From: Octopus bimaculoides
Lineage: Eukaryota
Direction of reading: 5' to 3'
Assembly (NCBI RefSeq): GCF_001194135.2
Contig: NC_068985.1
Coordinates: 65,262,187 to 65,326,186, forward strand
DNA length: 64,000 nt
This document shows, one piece after another, positions 1-12,559 of this stretch (its first letter is position 1; every line of letters begins with the position of its first letter). A program made the position numbers and the translations under genes. Below the pieces are notes generated by a model, which had not been told where the DNA came from, made no database searches, and was given only the letters and a program-made list of their open reading frames with translations.

Positions 1-426
1 TGGGATCGGCCCTTCACAGCACCTCGCCTCACCTGCCGAGAGTCGCGGTCCATCAGCCAGGAAATCCCTTAAGGGATCCCCATAGTCCAACGCCTCGCTC
101 GTCCCAAACAGCTGTGCAAAATGCTGATGAAAGGCCTTCTGCATCTCCTCCTGTCCTTCGATCCGGCACCCCTGTTCGTCAATTAAAGACTGTACAGAAG
201 CTTCTCTGCCTCTCCGACTCTCCACACAACAGGCCCATCTGGCAACATTAATACCTTCTCTGCCCACCGCACGTAACTTAGCCCTGACTCTACTACCTTC
301 GTGTTTGGCTTGGAGGTGACGGAATAATACCGATCTCGCCACCAACACTCTGGATGCAGAGCCTGATGCTGTTGCGTCCTCTAACTCCTTAGTTAATTGC
401 CCTTCTACTCTAGTTCCCTCTATACT

Positions 427-505
427 TAGCTCTTTGCTAAATCTAAGAGACTCTAAACGTATAGCTCTTTGCTAAATCTAAGAGACTCTAAACGTATAGC
501 TCTTT
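427..505. repeat. 35-bp tandem duplication inside Tx1 copy A ORF2
   Basis: TAGCTCTTTGCTAAATCTAAGAGACTCTAAACGTA occurs at 427 and 462, with a partial third copy at 497; it breaks the ORF2 frame. Confidence 0.9.
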
Positions 506-1817
506 TGAGGGTGCACCACCATCTGTTATTAACGATGGCTCTGCATAATGCCCTCTGCACTAACTCCTTAACCTGAGCACAGAAGACTTTACTAGTCAAA
601 ATAGACTTGTTCATTTTCCAGTACCCAGGTCCCTGTCTATGACACTTTGCTAACTGTATCTCACACGTCACAAATATGTAATCCGTGTAAGAGATACAGT
701 GAAATTGTGGACAGCTAACTATATCACTATTACTATCTTTTATGATAACCCTATCTAAGTAAGACCTTTGTGAACTGTCGTTATTAGACCACGTCCACTG
801 TGGAACGAGCAGTTCATCCAGTCTGAAGCGGTCTACTAGTTTATAGCTTGCTAGTAGCCTTTTTAGACCAGGGCTTTCTCTTCTATTCGTCGAGCCACCA
901 CTATCCACTCGCACGTTGAGAATAGCGTTGAAGTCTCCTGTTAAAACTAAAGTTTTTGACGTCAGTAGGAAATTTTCCAAGTTTCAAAAGAAAACCGTTT
1001 GTCTATCCTCCTGTGGAGCATAGACTGCTACCAACCTGAAGGACTGCTTACTCACATGTGTCACATCCAGAACGACCAGCCTACCTTCTGGGTCTAGAAA
1101 GACTGTATTTACCTGTACGTCCAAGCTTTTTTTGAACAGTACCACAACGCCCCCACTCCTTCCTTGACTCGGAGAAATAAATTTATCGTAGTCATTCAGA
1201 AGAGGCGAGAACGACTGTGAGCCGTTCAGCTTGAACTCAGTCACAACGCATATATCTAATTTACACGACCTGAGGTCGTCTAGGAGGCATGTCTGCTTCC
1301 ATTTCGACCCCAGGCCACGAACATTCACACACCCTAACTTAACTTCCACGATAAAATTTTCAGAAGGGGCTTGAAATTTGCAGGAGAGGCTTCACGACTT
1401 TCGTCGTCCCTTCCTCCTGTATCGTCTTTGTCCGGTGTAGCCATTGTTGTTAGAATTATTTTCTCCTTAACTATGAATTGACTCACTTCATGTATATCGT
1501 CTTTGTATCACAGCTTGAATTGTTCATAATGTTCTGCAGTAATCCTAGCTAACCGTATGTATGACGGTTTGCCTTCAATCGGACCCAACACTGTGTAATT
1601 TGTTTTTGTTATAATCCCATGTAATGTTTCGTTTTTTGAATTGTATGAAACAATTCTTTCTTGTGGAGGTTGAGGGGTGGGTTTCAATTTGGGAGTGGAT
1701 GGGGGTCATTTTTTTGTGTGTTTTGTATTTTGTCTTTTTTCTGGAGGGGGAGGGGAGTCTGGGCCAAGGGTTTTTTTCCTTTTATTTGTTACCACTCTGA
1801 ACTCCATGTCTTCTTCT

Positions 1818-2642
1818 TTATTTTCTTTTTTCTATGCTACCTTCCAGCTTTTTATTCTTTCCTTGATTGTCGTTGTCTTTTTCTGGTTGAGCTTTATCAA
1901 TTATTTTTTCTCCCTGTCGGGGAGGGCTCTCTACTTTTTTTTGTGTTGGTTTTCTCAACTTTTCGCATTCGGAGCGGACGTGGCCCTTTTCACCACATTT
2001 GAAACATCTGGGCTGTCGTCCCTCCACCGACACTCTTGCACTGAGTCCCTCCCCTATGAATATCCTGTCTGGTCTGCTTTCGAGTGTTTCGTTAGAAGCT
2101 TGGACCAAGAGTTCAAGCGTCTGTCCCTTCCAATTTAATGCATCTCTCTTTCTCATGGAGAGGATATTTACATGCACTTCCACATCATAAATTAGTACAG
2201 CTACCATCCAGAATATGTCATACCCGGCCGGAATTTTCTCAATTGTAATTTTGGCTGTTCTCCAGCCGAAGTATGTGGATAACAACATTATTTCATCAGT
2301 TTTTAGTGTTACAGTTGATGTTTCTTTAGCTACATCGGCGTTTTCAAATTGCACCTCAATAGTAGCATTACGTGGTCCTCTTCCGACATATTTTATCTTT
2401 TCCCACACAGGGGCGAGGCACTTTTCAATAATATCTGTCTTCATCATCATGATGCGTTTCTCCTTTCTATCATATACCTTATATATAACGGTTTTAACTG
2501 CCAAATCTTGTAAGATTTCTTTTGGCCTGGTTTCATTGTCAGTACGTTTTATCAGATTCCTGTATTTAAACAACTGTTCTGGCATGATATCTATTTCTTG
2601 AAATTGTCCGCCAACGGCAGAAAAACTATTCACTTTTTTCAC
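1818..2642 (-). pseudogene. Tx1/L1 ORF1 (gag-like nucleic-acid chaperone with CCHC zinc knuckle), copy A
   Basis: 274-aa ORF with CX2CX4HX4C knuckle followed by a Lys-rich tail; lies directly upstream of the endonuclease ORF2. Confidence 0.85.
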
Positions 2643-3169
2643 TTCCTGGGGTACTTATTGGTTTCCTTGTAGTTGTGGCACATTTTCTTCCTGTAGAATT
2701 GGGAAGTCTTCGTTGCAGAGTAGAAAGTCTAGGTGTAATGCCATTTCATCCTCCATACTGGATAAATTTTCCTTTCACAAGAACACAAAAAACAGTTCTC
2801 TTTAAAAGAGAGCAGAAAAAATAATTTTTCGCACCACAGGGCGAAAAGTAACGTTATACAACGTTTAACAGTTCAAATTACGAAACAATAAACATCAATA
2901 TAAACAGTAACAATAATAATAATATACGGAAACAACTCACTAAATATGGTAAAAGCACCGAAGAACAAGCTGAAGTAGCCGACCAGCTGTTTGAAAAATT
3001 TTTATTATGATCACTAAGGATGGGTACAATACAGGACAAACAAATAAACAAAATATATGAGTTCTATGTTCTTTTAAAAATTAATGATTGTCTTTATAAT
3101 TATCAAAATTTAAAATTCATATGTTCGTTGACTCGTTCCTTTCTTTCTTTTTTTTTTCCTTTTGAATAT

Positions 3170-3292
3170 ACAGACATACATATGCTTACATACACACACA
3201 TATATCTATATATATATATGCATATATACACATATATACATACACACACATATACATACACACACATACACATACACACATGTATATATATT
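3170..3292. repeat. (TA)n/(CA)n/(TACA)n compound microsatellite
   Basis: Directly visible tacacacacatatatctatatatatatgcatatatacacat... tract. Confidence 0.9.
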
Positions 3293-3295
3293 TTA

Positions 3296-6200
3296 TAATA
3301 AAAAGATTGGTTTTTCAACCTGGCAACCTATAAGGCCCAGCAGCTCACCTTTTATTTTCCCGATGATTAGTTTGGGTGACTCACACCCACCTTTTTCACC
3401 TCTTCCTTCCATCTCTGTTTATATACTCTAGCTGACAGGGTTCTCTTTTCCAGCCCTATCTTGCTCTTCAGATGGTATTTGAAGTAAGTCAGCAATCCAG
3501 GGCCGGATATGTAGGACCCTGTCACAAAACCTTCCATTCTTGTCCTCCATATACACTCTTTCAACACTGCTACCGTACAGAAAAAGCAAGCCTCACCTTC
3601 CTTTGATAGTCCAGTTGGCGGTATCATCTTTATCATAGATCCAGCCGACAGCTGTGCTTGTCTTAGATGCGACAACACGTGTTCTACATAAATTATCAAG
3701 CTGGAGAGCTGCCGACAATGTACAAAAGCGTGTTGGACAGTTTCATTGTCCTGCTCTCATCTTGGACATGTCGGTGGCACTGCTAAACCGTGCCTGGACA
3801 ACTTCTCGCGAACAGGTAGGGCATTCCTGTAACACTGCCAAGTGAGAGATTTTTGGAAATTATCCAAGTACTCCGGCTTGAAGGTTTTCCGAAACAGGTT
3901 GGTAAGTTGGTTCTCGTCGAACCCCAGAGCCCCTCCTAGGACGTCATCGTTTTTCCCCTCTACTAGCCCTCTGTAGAATACCGAGGTGGTATTCCTGCAG
4001 CCAACCTTGCCCGTCTTGTGGATAAGCCAGAGTGCCTGATGGCACTCCTTCTGCCGTAAAGTCAGATTACGCCTTCTAATGAGACCGGGTTAAATCTTTC
4101 CAACGAGGCCGGTCGCGGTAAGAACTCCTCTGCCAACGGACTCCACACCTTATCACCAGGTGGCACCAGAGATGTCTCAGCCTCAACGCATGTCTGCGCA
4201 TCATTAGCCAGGGCATCCCCAAACCACCCTTTAGCAGTTCCTGGCAGCACACGGAGCATCTCACAAGTGGCTTTCCCCCCCCTCTACAAAAAGTAGAAGA
4301 GGAGTCGTACCAGCTTGTTTAGCCAAAAATCGGGGCAAAGCACAACAGACAGGCGGTAGGTGATTACAGATGCTATAAACACCTGCACCACCTCCGCTCT
4401 ACCCTTCAAGGACAGAGACCTTCCGGACCACTTCCGTACTATGGCCTCCACCTTGTTCACTACCTCGCTCCAATTCTTCTCCGTCTGGGAGTCTGAACCA
4501 AACCAAACTCCAAGCAACTTAACAGGACCATCTGTCCAGTGTCCAACGACACTGGACGATAACGGCTTGTTCCTCCAGGTGCCGAGGTGCAAACCGATGA
4601 ACTTGTCCTTGTTAACTTTTGCTCCTGCCACCGCTTCATATCTTCAGAGGGCATCTTCTACACGAGGTAGTTGTGCTTCTTTAGACACGATGAGAGTGAT
4701 GTCGTCAGCATAAGCAGAAGTGAACTTACCACATCCAATCTCATTAGGGTTGCTACCTAACTTCTCCAGCCTCCGCAGCAATGGCTCCAGGGCCAAAACG
4801 TACAGGACCGGAGACAAGGGACACCCTTGACGAACAGACCGCTTGATCGAAAACGGCTCCGTCAGGTAACCGTTTATCTGGACGGTGGACTTGATGCCGC
4901 TGTACATAGCGGAGATCCACCCGCAAAAGCCCGGGCCTATCCCAGCCGCTTCGAGGACGGCCTCCAGGTACCGATGGTCTACCCTATCGAAAGCTTAACT
5001 TTGGTCTAAGTAGACCAATGACCCTCCTTTGCCGGCTAATTTCCCAACCCTGTCTAAAGTGTAGTGGAGAAGGTGAAGGTTGTCCTGGATCAACCTGCCT
5101 GGGATTGCACAGGTTTGTGCCTTCCCGACAAGCTTCTCCATGACAGCCGTCAACCTTTTAGCTAACACCTTGGCCAAAATCTTTATCAGCGTCACAATTC
5201 CCCGGCTTACAGAACTGGGAATTCTCCCATTCTGCTGCCAGTTTGCATAGACACCTGCCAGGACATCCCCAAACAAGTTCGGCATTAAACGATAAAACTC
5301 GTAGGGCAGACCATCCAGTCCCGGAGACTTTTCCCCAGCGCACTCGGCCAGCACCCCTCTTACCTCCGTGGGAGTGATCGGGCCTTCACAGCATTCAGCC
5401 TCNNNNNNNNNNNNNNNNNNNNNNNNNNNNNNNNNNNNNNNNNNNNNNNNNNNNNNNNNNNNNNNNNNNNNNNNNNNNNNNNNNNNNNNNNNNNNNNNNN
5501 NNNNNNNNNNNNNNNNNNNNNNNNNNNNNNNNNNNNNNNNNNNNNNNNNNNNNNNNNNNNNNNNNNNNNNNNNNNNNNNNNNNNNNNNNNNNNNNNNNNN
5601 NNNNNNNNNNNNNNNNNNNNNNNNNNNNNNNNNNNNNNNNNNNNNNNNNNNNNNNNNNNNNNNNNNNNNNNNNNNNNNNNNNNNNNNNNNNNNNNNNNNN
5701 NNNNNNNNNNNNNNNNNNNNNNNNNNNNNNNNNNNNNNNNNNNNNNNNNNNNNNNNNNNNNNNNNNNNNNNNNNNNNNNNNNNNNNNNNNNNNNNNNNNN
5801 NNNNNNNNNNNNNNNNNNNNNNNNNNNNNNNNNNNNNNNNNNNNNNNNNNNNNNNNNNNNNNNNNNNNNNNNNNNNNNNNNNNNNNNNNNNNNNNNNNNN
5901 NNNNNNNNNNNNNNNNNNNNNNNNNNNNNNNNNNNNNNNNNNNNNNNNNNNNNNNNNNNNNNNNNNNNNNNNNNNNNNNNNNNNNNNNNNNNNNNNNNNN
6001 NNNNNNNNNNNNNNNNNNNNNNNNNNNNNNNNNNNNNNNNNNNNNNNNNNNNNNNNNNNNNNNNNNNNNNNNNNNNNNNNNNNNNNNNNNNNNNNNNNNN
6101 NNNNNNNNNNNNNNNNNNNNNNNNNNNNNNNNNNNNNNNNNNNNNNNNNNNNNNNNNNNNNNNNNNNNNNNNNNNNNNNNNNNNNNNNNNNNNNNNNNNN

Positions 6201-8626
6201 NNNNNCTTAGCTGATTGCTAAATCTAATGGACTCAAGACGGATGGCTCTCTTGAGGGCGTGCCACTATCTATTATTAATGGTGGTGCCACATAATGCCCT
6301 CTGCACTAACTCCTTAATCCGGGTACGGAAAGCTTCACAAGCCAAAATAGACTTGTTCATTTTCCAATACCCGGGTCCCTGTCTATGACACTTATCTAAA
6401 TGAACCTCACACGTCACAAGTTTGTGATCCATGTAAGGCACAATACAAAAATGTGGACAGCTAAAGCTATGCTTATCTCTTTCCTTAACAAAAATTCTGT
6501 CTATGTACTATCTGAGTGAGCTGTCATTATTACTCCACGTCCACTGTGGAACGCTCGGGTCATCCAGTCGGTAGTGGTCTACTAGATTAAAACTCTCTAG
6601 TAGACCCTTGAGGCAAGGATTCCCTTTCCTATTGGTGGAGCCTACACTATCGACGCGCGCATCGAGAATAGTGTTGAAGTCCCCTAGCAAAACTATAGTT
6701 TTAGACGTCAATGAAAAGTACACCAGGTTCCGAAAAAAACCCGACTGCCCCTGTCCATTAGGAACATAGGCAGCTACCAACCTGAAGGACTGCTTACTTT
6801 CATGTGTTACATCTAGGACGACCAGCCTACCTTCTGGGTCCAGAAAGACAGTACATATCTGTAAGTCCAAGTTTTTCTTGATAAGGACTGCTACGCCTGC
6901 ACCTCCCCTCTGGCTCAGAGAAATAAACTTCTCGTAACCATTGAGGAGGGGCAAGAATGCTTCAGGTCCCTTCATCTTGGACTTGGTGATCACAGCCACA
7001 TCTATTCTATGTGAAATGAGGTCGTCCAGAAAACAAGCCTGTTTCCATTTCGACCCCATTCCACGAACTTTTAAACATCCTAACTTAATCATCGAGAAAA
7101 GAAAGGTATTTACTGACGNNNNNNNNNNNNNNNNNNNNNNNNNNNNNNNNNNNNNNNNNNNNNNNNNNNNNNNNNNNNNNNNNNNNNNNNNNNNNNNNNN
7201 NNNNNNNNNNNNNNNNNNNNNNNNNNNNNNNNNNNNNNNNNNNNNNNNNNNNNNNNNNNNNNNNNNNNNNNNNNNNNNNNNNNNNNNNNNNNNNNNNNNN
7301 NNNNNNNNNNNNNNNNNNNNNNNNNNNNNNNNNNNNNNNNNNNNNNNNNNNNNNNNNNNNNNNNNNNNNNNNNNNNNNNNNNNNNNNNNNNNNNNNNNNN
7401 NNNNNNNNNNNNNNNNNNNNNNNNNNNNNNNNNNNNNNNNNNNNNNNNNNNNNNNNNNNNNNNNNNNNNNNNNNNNNNNNNNNNNNNNNNNNNNNNNNNN
7501 NNNNNNNNNNNNNNNNNNNNNNNNNNNNNNNNNNNNNNNNNNNNNNNNNNNNNNNNNNNNNNNNNNNNNNNNNNNNNNNNNNNNNNNNNNNNNNNNNNNN
7601 NNNNNNNNNNNNNNNNNNNNNNNNNNNNNNNNNNNNNNNNNNNNNNNNNNNNNNNNNNNNNNNNNNNNNNNNNNNNTACATCCCTCCACCGATACACGTA
7701 TGGTATGCCCCTCCCCTACGAAGACTCTATCTGGCAAATTTTCGAGGATTGTATTATCGGCCTGAATGACCATTTCAAGGCTCTGACCTTTCCAATTTGT
7801 CGCCTCTTTTTTTTAATACTTAGAATCAATAGCTTTCTTTCTACGTTGTAGATAATAGCAGTTGCTACCCAATACACGTCATAACCATCGGGAATTTCTT
7901 CCACTGTAGTTTTTGCCATTCTGCGGCCTAAGTACGTAGGCAGCAGCATTATTTGTTCGTTTTTAAGTGTCTGGGTTGACACCTCTTTCGCTACGTTTTC
8001 TGACTTGAAGTGTGCTTCTATTGTTGCACTCCTCACGCCTCGGCAAACGTAGCGAATCTTCTTCCCTATTGGTGACAAGCACCGTTCAACAATTTCATTC
8101 TTAACGTCCATAATTTTCTTTTCTTTTAAGTTGTAAACTTTGTAGACTACGGTTCTTTTTTTAATGGCTTCGATAGTCTCAGGGGGCGGTACCAACTTTG
8201 TTATTTCACCTGTTTTTTCAATTAAGTTTCTGAACTGGAAGAGTTTCTCCATAGCTACTTCCAGTTCAATTACGTTGCCACCTATGGTGTCAGAAAAACT
8301 TTGTTTTGCCTTGTTGTCCTTGGTTGTAACAGTATTTTTTCCTTCTCCCATCTTGGGAAAGTCGGTCTTTGAAGATAGTTCAAATTCCATATTGTATGTA
8401 AACCTTGTCGCAAATGATAAGAAAATAATTTTCACAATAACCTAGAAAGGTTAACAAAAAAACAGAAATTTTCTGCCCCGTAAGGCGAAAATAACTGCAA
8501 AACAGTTCAGCATAAAAGTCCAAAATAAATTACTCAAAAAACCACCAACAAATAAGTAACCAAAGAACGAACTCACATCAAAAATGGTAGCAACAATAAA
8601 GACATCCACGACCAGCTGTTTGAAAA
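3296..8626 (-). mobile_element. Tx1/L1-clade non-LTR retrotransposon, copy B, near full length with frameshifts and two assembly gaps
   Basis: ORF1 at 7677-8435 is homologous to copy A ORF1. Endonuclease at 6207-7118 (LGCLKVRGMG, LLGDFNTIL, WTWSN). RT at 5354-4284 (KSPGLDGLPYEFY, VRQGCPLSP, SAYADDITL, LLGVWFG). C-terminal domain extends to ~3370. The same 5' terminal motif as copy A is at 8608-8626. Confidence 0.92.
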
Positions 8627-8692
8627 AGCCTGTCTAGCCTTCACAAATATATATTTTTTCAGTGAAAACACATTCACTGGTTACAAAATTAG

Positions 8693-9014
8693 AAATGATC
8701 ATAATTATAAATCTCACAGAGATACATAAGCAGCAGTGTTATGATAAAGCAGTTGTTTACTGTTGACTCAGAAACATGTCCCTGAATGCAGACTAAAGCT
8801 GGGTGAGGAAGCTTGTCTCCGCTTCACAAATATAAGGACACAGGAAATGTGTCAAGGCCAACAGGAAGTGGTCCAGCTTCCTAGGGCTAAATAGCAGCAG
8901 TATGATTCCCTTAATGGGTCTGTCACATTAAGTTGACAGTAAGCAACTGCTTTATCGTAACACTGCTGTGAAATTTATAATTAGATCTCTGTGAAATTTA
9001 TAATTAGATCATTT
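8693..9014. mobile_element. Small fold-back element with ~75-bp imperfect terminal inverted repeats (PLE-derived tail inversion, or MITE)
   Basis: 8693-8768 (AAATGATCATAATTATAAATCTCACAGAG...GCAGTGTTATGATAAAGCAGTTGTTTACTGTTGACT) is the reverse complement of 8932-9014. A GAAACATGTC half-hammerhead motif sits at 8771-8780. The right end abuts (TA)n. Confidence 0.7.
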
Positions 9015-9026
9015 ATATATATATGT

Positions 9027-9590
9027 GGAAAAAAGACAAAGTAGAAAATGCTAAAATACTTTTATAAAGAACATTACAGTACAGGTCTCGATCCTTGAGA
9101 TTTTTCAACAGTAAATATGAATAATAAATTTTTGAAAAATTATTGAAAAGTTAAATTTTGGTAAATTTAAAAGAAAAGTCATTTTAAAGACATTTGTATA
9201 GTATTCAAATAACGGGCATTTTTCTTGTTTCTGTCTGTCTCTGTTTCACTTGTTAACTCTTGTGGGTTCGAAGAAGGAGTGCTATGATAGTAGCAGAGTG
9301 TTAATTGGTTGGGTGTTCTGACATTGACCTGTTGAAGGTCGTAGTGATCTGTATTGTTTATAATGTTTGTGTAGGTGTTATTCTAAACAGCAGTAGTAGT
9401 AATAAAGTAAGGGAAGAGGTGGTGGAAAGGAAGACGAAGATGATGGAGGAGATGAGGGATGGGGAGAAGAAGAGAAATAGTAATAATAGAATGCAGGATA
9501 GTGTGATAGTAACTAGTCAAGTGTGTAGTGATTGGGGTTGTTTTTATATATTTGTTTATAATTCCTTGAGTATCTATTTGGAGTTTATCA
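9027..9590. repeat. Left arm of PLE inverted repeat (3' pLTR)
   Basis: Matches the reverse complement of 11917-12474 with roughly a dozen differences counted by eye. Confidence 0.95.
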
Positions 9591-11916
9591 TTTTTAATAT
9601 TTGTGTGTGTTATTCTAAGGTTGTGGTGGATATGTCATTCGTTGTAAATGCGTTCAGAAAAGGTCTGTATTTTGTGATGAAGAGAGACTTTTTACTAATT
9701 CTTTGGCTGTAGGTTGTATCGTCTCTGAATTGATAGAGGGGAAAAATTCTGAAACTCGATGTGTTGGCTGAATGCTATTTTTCTGTTTTGGGGAATTTTG
9801 ATTTGGGATTTGTGCAGAGCCATCCGTTGATGCAGGCTGTTTTTTGTTTGGCCTGTGTACTGCTCTTGACACCCAGAGCAGGTTAGTGCATATATCAGGT
9901 TCTCCGAAGTACATGTGAAGTTACTTTTCACTTTGAAATTTTCTCCCTGTTTGAAGGACAACTCTGATCCTTCAATTAGATTGATGCATATTCCACAGTT
10001 GGGTCTACCGCATTTTTTTACTGACGGCTTCAGTGTTTTTGGTGAGGGTATTTGAGCTTGTGTTAGGAGACTTTTCATAGATTTGGGCTGTCTCTTGCTT
10101 TTTATAATGGTGTGTGTTTGGAGCATTAAGTTCATTCTGTGGTCCTTTTTTAGCAGGGGAATGTTTTGAAGTATGGTGTCGAAGGCTTCGTTGTTAAGAG
10201 GGTTGTAGGTGGAAATGTATGGTAGGGCTTTTGGTTGTAAGACCTTCTTTAATTTGGGATGTCTGAGTTGGTGGATGCTGAGTTGAAGGGCTCATTGAAA
10301 GCATGTGTCAATTAGTGTAGATGGGTAGTTCGTGGTGGTGAGAGTATCTTTTAGTTCATGTAGTCGAGTGTCCCTGGTGGTTGCATTAGAAATTATAGTA
10401 CATATCCTTTTTGCTAGGTTGAAGGGGATGTTCATTCTGGTGTGTCTGGGGTGGCATGAGTTGAACGGTAGATATTGCTTTGAGTGCGTGGGTTTAAAGT
10501 ATATATCTGTTTCTATTACGTTGTTAGATTTCTTAATAAGGATGTCGAGAAAGGGAAATTGTTGGTGGCTATATTCCATCGTGAATTGAATGTTTACATC
10601 AAGTCCATTTATAAGTGCTTGAAATTCTTTAAGTCTCTCTATGCTCTCATGTCACAGAATGAAACAGTCATCCAGGTATCTCTTCCAGTTATTTTCTATG
10701 TATAGGGAGAATGGGCTGTCGTATCTTTTTTTAACCTTATTATAAAGACTAATTTCTAGATATCCCATGACTAGGTTAGCAAAGGAGAGGGCCATTCTCG
10801 TACCCATCACAGTCCCCGATAAATGTCGGTAGAAGTTATCATGGAATGCAAAATAGTTGTTCTCCAAGATAAATTTGAGCACTTCTATCACAAATTCTTT
10901 TTTGATACGCTGGGGGAGTTCGTTGGTGTAATTCTCTAGCCAGAATTGAATTGCTTCTATTTCTAGGTTATGGGGGATATTGGAATAGAGGTTGACTACA
11001 TCGACGGATACTAGTAAAGTGTTTTTGTTTATTGTTTCAGGAAGGTGGTTGAGCATATCCAGGTCGTCTCTTACGTAGCTTTTTACATGTTTGAGGAATA
11101 GTTTTAGGAGGATATCTAAACAGTTACTGAGGCGGTGGATTTCGCATGTGGGACCTGCTATTATAGGTCTCAATTTGAGGTCATTTGGGGTAGGGACATT
11201 GATTATTATGTCTGTAGCTATCTTGCATGCGTTACTTATTTTTTCACTTTTGTGTATCTTGGGAATGCCGTAGAATTGACTGATTTTAGTTTTCAAATTG
11301 GTCATGCAGTCATATTCTTTGTCGGTGAGTCCTTCTGTGTATAGGTTTAACATGGATTTTAAGTCTCTCATTGTCTTCTGTTGACTGTAGTGTTGAGTCT
11401 TTTCATAATATGTTGTGTCTTCTAACATGGATAATACTAAAGTTATATAGTATACTGTGTCTATTAAGACGACTGCACTCCCTTTATCAGCCTCTTTGAT
11501 AGTTATTGTTTTGTCATCTTTTAATTTGTTTAGCTCAGCCCATTCTTTTTTGCTGAAGTTTGGTTTGTGTTTTTGTTTGTGCATATGTTGATATGTGTAA
11601 TTCGAGATGTGTTCACAGAAATGATCAAGAGTTTTGTTCTTACCTTTTGAGGGGGTGTAGTTACTTCTATTTCAGACTAACGATTCGTCCTCATTGTATT
11701 TGTCGTATAGCTCCTCAGAGAGTCGTAATTTTCTACAGAATTCCACAATGTCTTCTTTCATTTCATTGTAGTTGGAGCGTTGTGGGATGGGTGTAAACTT
11801 GAGTCCTTTGGAGAGTATACTGATTTGGTCTCCTGTTATTTCTTTGTGAGTTAGATTGATAATTTTTATCACATTTGGTTCCTTCTGTGTTATCTCGTGT
11901 CTCTGTGTTTGTGTGC

Positions 11917-12474
11917 TGATAAACTTCCAATAGATACTCAAGGAAATAAAAAAACAACCCCAATCACTACACACTTGACTAGTTACTATCACACTATCCT
12001 GCATTCTATTATTACTATTTCTCTTCTTCTCCCCATCCCTCATCTTCTCCATCATCTTCGTCTTCCTTTCCACCACCTCTTCCCTTACTTTATTACTACT
12101 ACTGCTGTTTAGAATAACACCTACACAAACATTATAAACAGTACAGATCACTACGACCGTCAACAGGTCAATGTCAGAACACCCAACCAATTAACACTCT
12201 GCTACTATCATAGCACTCCTTCTTCGAACCCACAAGAGTTAACAAGTGAAACAGAGACAGACAGACAGAAACAAGAAAAATGCCCGTTATTTGAATACTA
12301 TACAAATATGTCTTTAAAAAGACTTTTCTTTTAAATTTACCAAAATTTAACTTTTCAATAATTTTTCAAAAATTTATTATTCATATTTACTGTTGAAAAG
12401 ATCTCAAGGATCGAAACCAGTACTGTAATGTTCTTCATAAAAGTATTTTAGCATTTTCTACTTTGTCTTTTTCC
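11917..12474. repeat. Right arm of PLE inverted repeat (inverted 5' pLTR copy)
   Basis: Reverse complement of 9027-9590; flanked by (TA)n. Confidence 0.95.
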
Positions 12475-12559
12475 ATATATATATCTACTCGTGTGTTCCT
12501 CTTCAACCTTTTACATATATATATTTTTTTTTTTTTGAAAGAAATGAAGCTAGTATGCT

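Larger units (their letters stand above)
1..2998 (-). mobile_element. Tx1/L1-clade non-LTR retrotransposon, copy A (5' UTR, ORF1, ORF2 endonuclease region; runs off window start), disrupted
   Basis: ORF 1818-2642 carries a CCHC zinc knuckle (CFKCGEKGHVRSEC). ORFs 984-1349 and 453-980 carry APE-endonuclease motifs (LGCVNVRGL, GGVVVL, VAVYAP, LTGDFNAIL, WTWSN, SYLDRV, GPGYWKMN). The 5' end motif TTTTTCAAACAGCTGGTCG is shared with copy B. Confidence 0.9.
9027..12474 (-). mobile_element. Penelope-like element (RT + C-terminal GIY-YIG) bounded by ~560-bp inverted terminal repeats; frameshifted
   Basis: N-terminal LSKGLKFTP (11672-11930). RT at 10652-11584 (YGIPKIHK, LRPIIAG, VDVVNLYSNIP, GTVMGT, RYLDDCF). 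Thumb at 10292-10579 (FLDILI, KPTHSKQYL, SCHPRH). CxxxxCxxC linker plus GIY-YIG at 9695-10135 (NLIYALTC, YTGQT, RMALH). 9027-9590 is the reverse complement of 11917-12474. Confidence 0.92.
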
